DNA of 64,000 bases from Blasia pusilla (Eukaryota). Shown here piece by piece: positions 62,083 through 64,000 of this stretch. A program made the translations under genes and the position numbers. The stretch spans positions 6,572,001 through 6,636,000 of the forward strand of contig CM114271.1 in assembly GCA_050084515.1 (NCBI GenBank). Direction: 5' to 3'. Below the pieces are notes generated by a model that made no database searches, was not told the origin of the DNA, and saw only the letters and a program-made list of their open reading frames with translations. Numbering within the stretch: position 1 is the stretch's first letter; each line of letters opens with the position of its first letter.

Positions 62083-64000
62083 GTAGGGGCGCAACAATTG
62101 GGCTTGACGAGAGCCGATGTGGAGCGTTTTCCATTCCGAATACATACATCCTTGGGTGGAGCGAGTGCCACACAGTATATCACCCGACATGAGGTCATGG
62201 TGAGGATTCATCCTGGACACCCTACAAATAAGTCTATGGTGCGAGCCAAGGTGATAGTAACTGATGCAGAGTCCTATGACGTCTTGGTTGGTGGAGTAGT
62301 GTTGTACCCGATGGGGTTTTCCCTGGATCGTTGGGAGGAGTCAGCGTCCTATAGACCAGGATGGCAGTCAAATGACGGGCGCCTTAGCTCATTACCCAGT
62401 CGATTTACAAGTGCAGTGATTGAGCGACGGCCAGGAGAGATGGCGAACTTAGCAGCATTTAGCAGCGTCATCACTTGGCCTATTGACTTGATTGAGGGAC
62501 ATGTCCATGTAGAGGATACTCCCGTTCTTGACATTTCTATGGAGAGGAGTATCATGGTAGCCGCATCAGTCCGTGGAGGAGAGGTGCCGCTTTGGGAGCT
62601 TTGACGCTTAGCCATTGAGCATGTGCAGACTGCGTGGAGCGAGACCTTTGCCCCAAAGGATGACGGATCAGAGGAACCCGAGGTAGCCGAGAGTGCTATG
62701 ATGACGCCCTTGGATACCACACCCATTATGTGGCGCATCCAAGAGGAGGGTATTCAGATGTTGGATCTCTTTGGAGGGATCAACCTTGGGTTAGCTGTTG
62801 TTTTGGAGGCAAGAGTACGCGTGCAGTAGTACTTGTATGTGGAGATTGATCATGTTACGAGGCGTGATTCACTTCACCATGTGGGGAAGTTACGCCTCTA
62901 TTTTCCTTACTTATTGTCTGCATCCGCTGTCCAGGGATACCAAAGTTCCCTACCGTGGGATATTTCATTGCTGGGGGCACAGGACTTGGAGCGGATAGGG
63001 GCCATAGATTTGGTCATTGCTGGTTGGCCGTGTCAGGGCCAATCGCGTGCTGGATGAGGTAGCGGGCTAGTTGACACTCGGTCCATGTTATTCTGGGAGA
63101 CAATGCGGATTGTGCGACACTTGCAGGAGCATCAGTCCCGTTCTTTACCATACATTTTGGAGAATATGCCAATCTTTGGCAATTCGAGATCACTGGCGGT
63201 GACGAGTGCAGATCATGTGCGTGCATGGATGGCTCGCCAAGATTTTTGGATGCGACGAGTGTAGGTTCTAGACCACACTGCTCGCATCTTTGGTGGTCCC
63301 ACATGAGGTTTTACGGAGGGCGTATGCTCGCGTGGAGCGTCCCTCCGATTTGTTGGTGGATTCTATTCTACATCCAGCTCATCGAAAATAGGTAGGTAGG
63401 CATGATGATCGACCGCCGTTGAGTGTGGTCAACAGGATTGGCATGCCACGGGCAGCCTTTCCCACATTTGTGAGTTTTTCTGCTTCCTATGCATTCCAAG
63501 AGGCTGAACCTAGCTAGGTTTGGGATGACCAGGTAGAGAGGTTGGTGGAGCCCAACGTTGATGAGCGAGAGCAAGGGATGGGATTCCCCACATGAATGAC
63601 GATAATACCGTCACTATCACAAGCATCACGACGTCATGTCTTGGGTCAGGCGATGGACCTGAACTGCTTGACATGGATTTTCACCTTAGTCATAGCTGAG
63701 CAGCGTCTTTTGAGGATACGATAGATCACAGCTATTGCACGGGTGAGCCCCATGCCTACCGAGACGGTGGAGGCAGTGGCTGGGGGCGAGATCCATCATG
63801 GGTGATCGGGAGAGACACCCTTGGACTTCTTGGGATGTTTTGCAGGTACGCATGGAGATGATAGCCACAATATCAAGCGCGATTTCGGGTACTGCACGTG
63901 GAGAGGAGAGTTCTGTTGTCCATAGCAACCACCAACACCCGCGCCGGAGAGTCGTACCGTAGTCACGATGGAGACTTGGGAGCTAGATATGGGCCCTAAG
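62083..64000 (+). pseudogene. Second retroelement polyprotein fragment: 5'-truncated retropepsin-like aspartic protease + C5-cytosine DNA methyltransferase + linker (RT expected beyond window)
   Basis: Protease C-terminal half ...IHTSLGG...VIVTDAESYDVLVGGVVLYPMGFSLD is in the same frame as the MTase N-terminal half (ORFs 62098, 62623, 62833). Interrupted by stops and frameshifts. Confidence 0.8.
62749..63690 (+). pseudogene. C5-cytosine DNA methyltransferase catalytic domain (DNMT3/DRM-like, motifs I-X in canonical order)
   Basis: Motif I LDLFGGI (62761); II YVEID; III WDI; IV DLVIAGWPCQGQSRAG (PC at 63028-63033); V DTRSMLFWE; VI YILENM (63160); VIII LDATSVGSRPHCSHLWW (after frameshift); IX EPNVDEREQGMGFP; X RRHVLGQAMDLNCLTWI (~63630-63680). 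Confidence 0.92.

Noticed and set aside
62749-63690. Interpretation as bacterial restriction-modification contamination or host DRM/CMT gene
   Set aside because: In-frame with a retroelement protease, decayed like neighbouring plant TEs, no cognate endonuclease, and no introns or host accessory domains.

Overview
Eukaryotic, intron-rich plant genomic DNA. A non-seed land plant such as a bryophyte is likely, but this is inferred only from gene and TE style. Three intact, spliced host genes lie in the middle: a YacP/NYN-domain RNase-like gene (-, ~15.9-19.2 kb), the SAGA subunit ADA2 (+, 28264-38652, 13 exons) and a plastid-type transaldolase (-, 39078-~43242) convergent with ADA2. The left end (1-7240) looks like the right arm of a large Mutator-like DNA transposon with decayed accessory genes and GCGGCTA motif arrays, followed by a head-to-tail non-autonomous Helitron dimer. 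Small hAT insertions with perfect 8-bp TSDs occur at 43885-44099 and 49466-49510. The right third is a nest of Ty3/gypsy retroelements. It includes old remnants and a near-complete chromodomain-bearing gag-pol whose 5' LTR/PBS does not match the sequence after its PPT. The most notable feature is a pseudogenised retroelement polyprotein (62.1-64 kb) with a complete C5-cytosine DNA methyltransferase domain (motifs I-X) in frame behind the aspartic protease.
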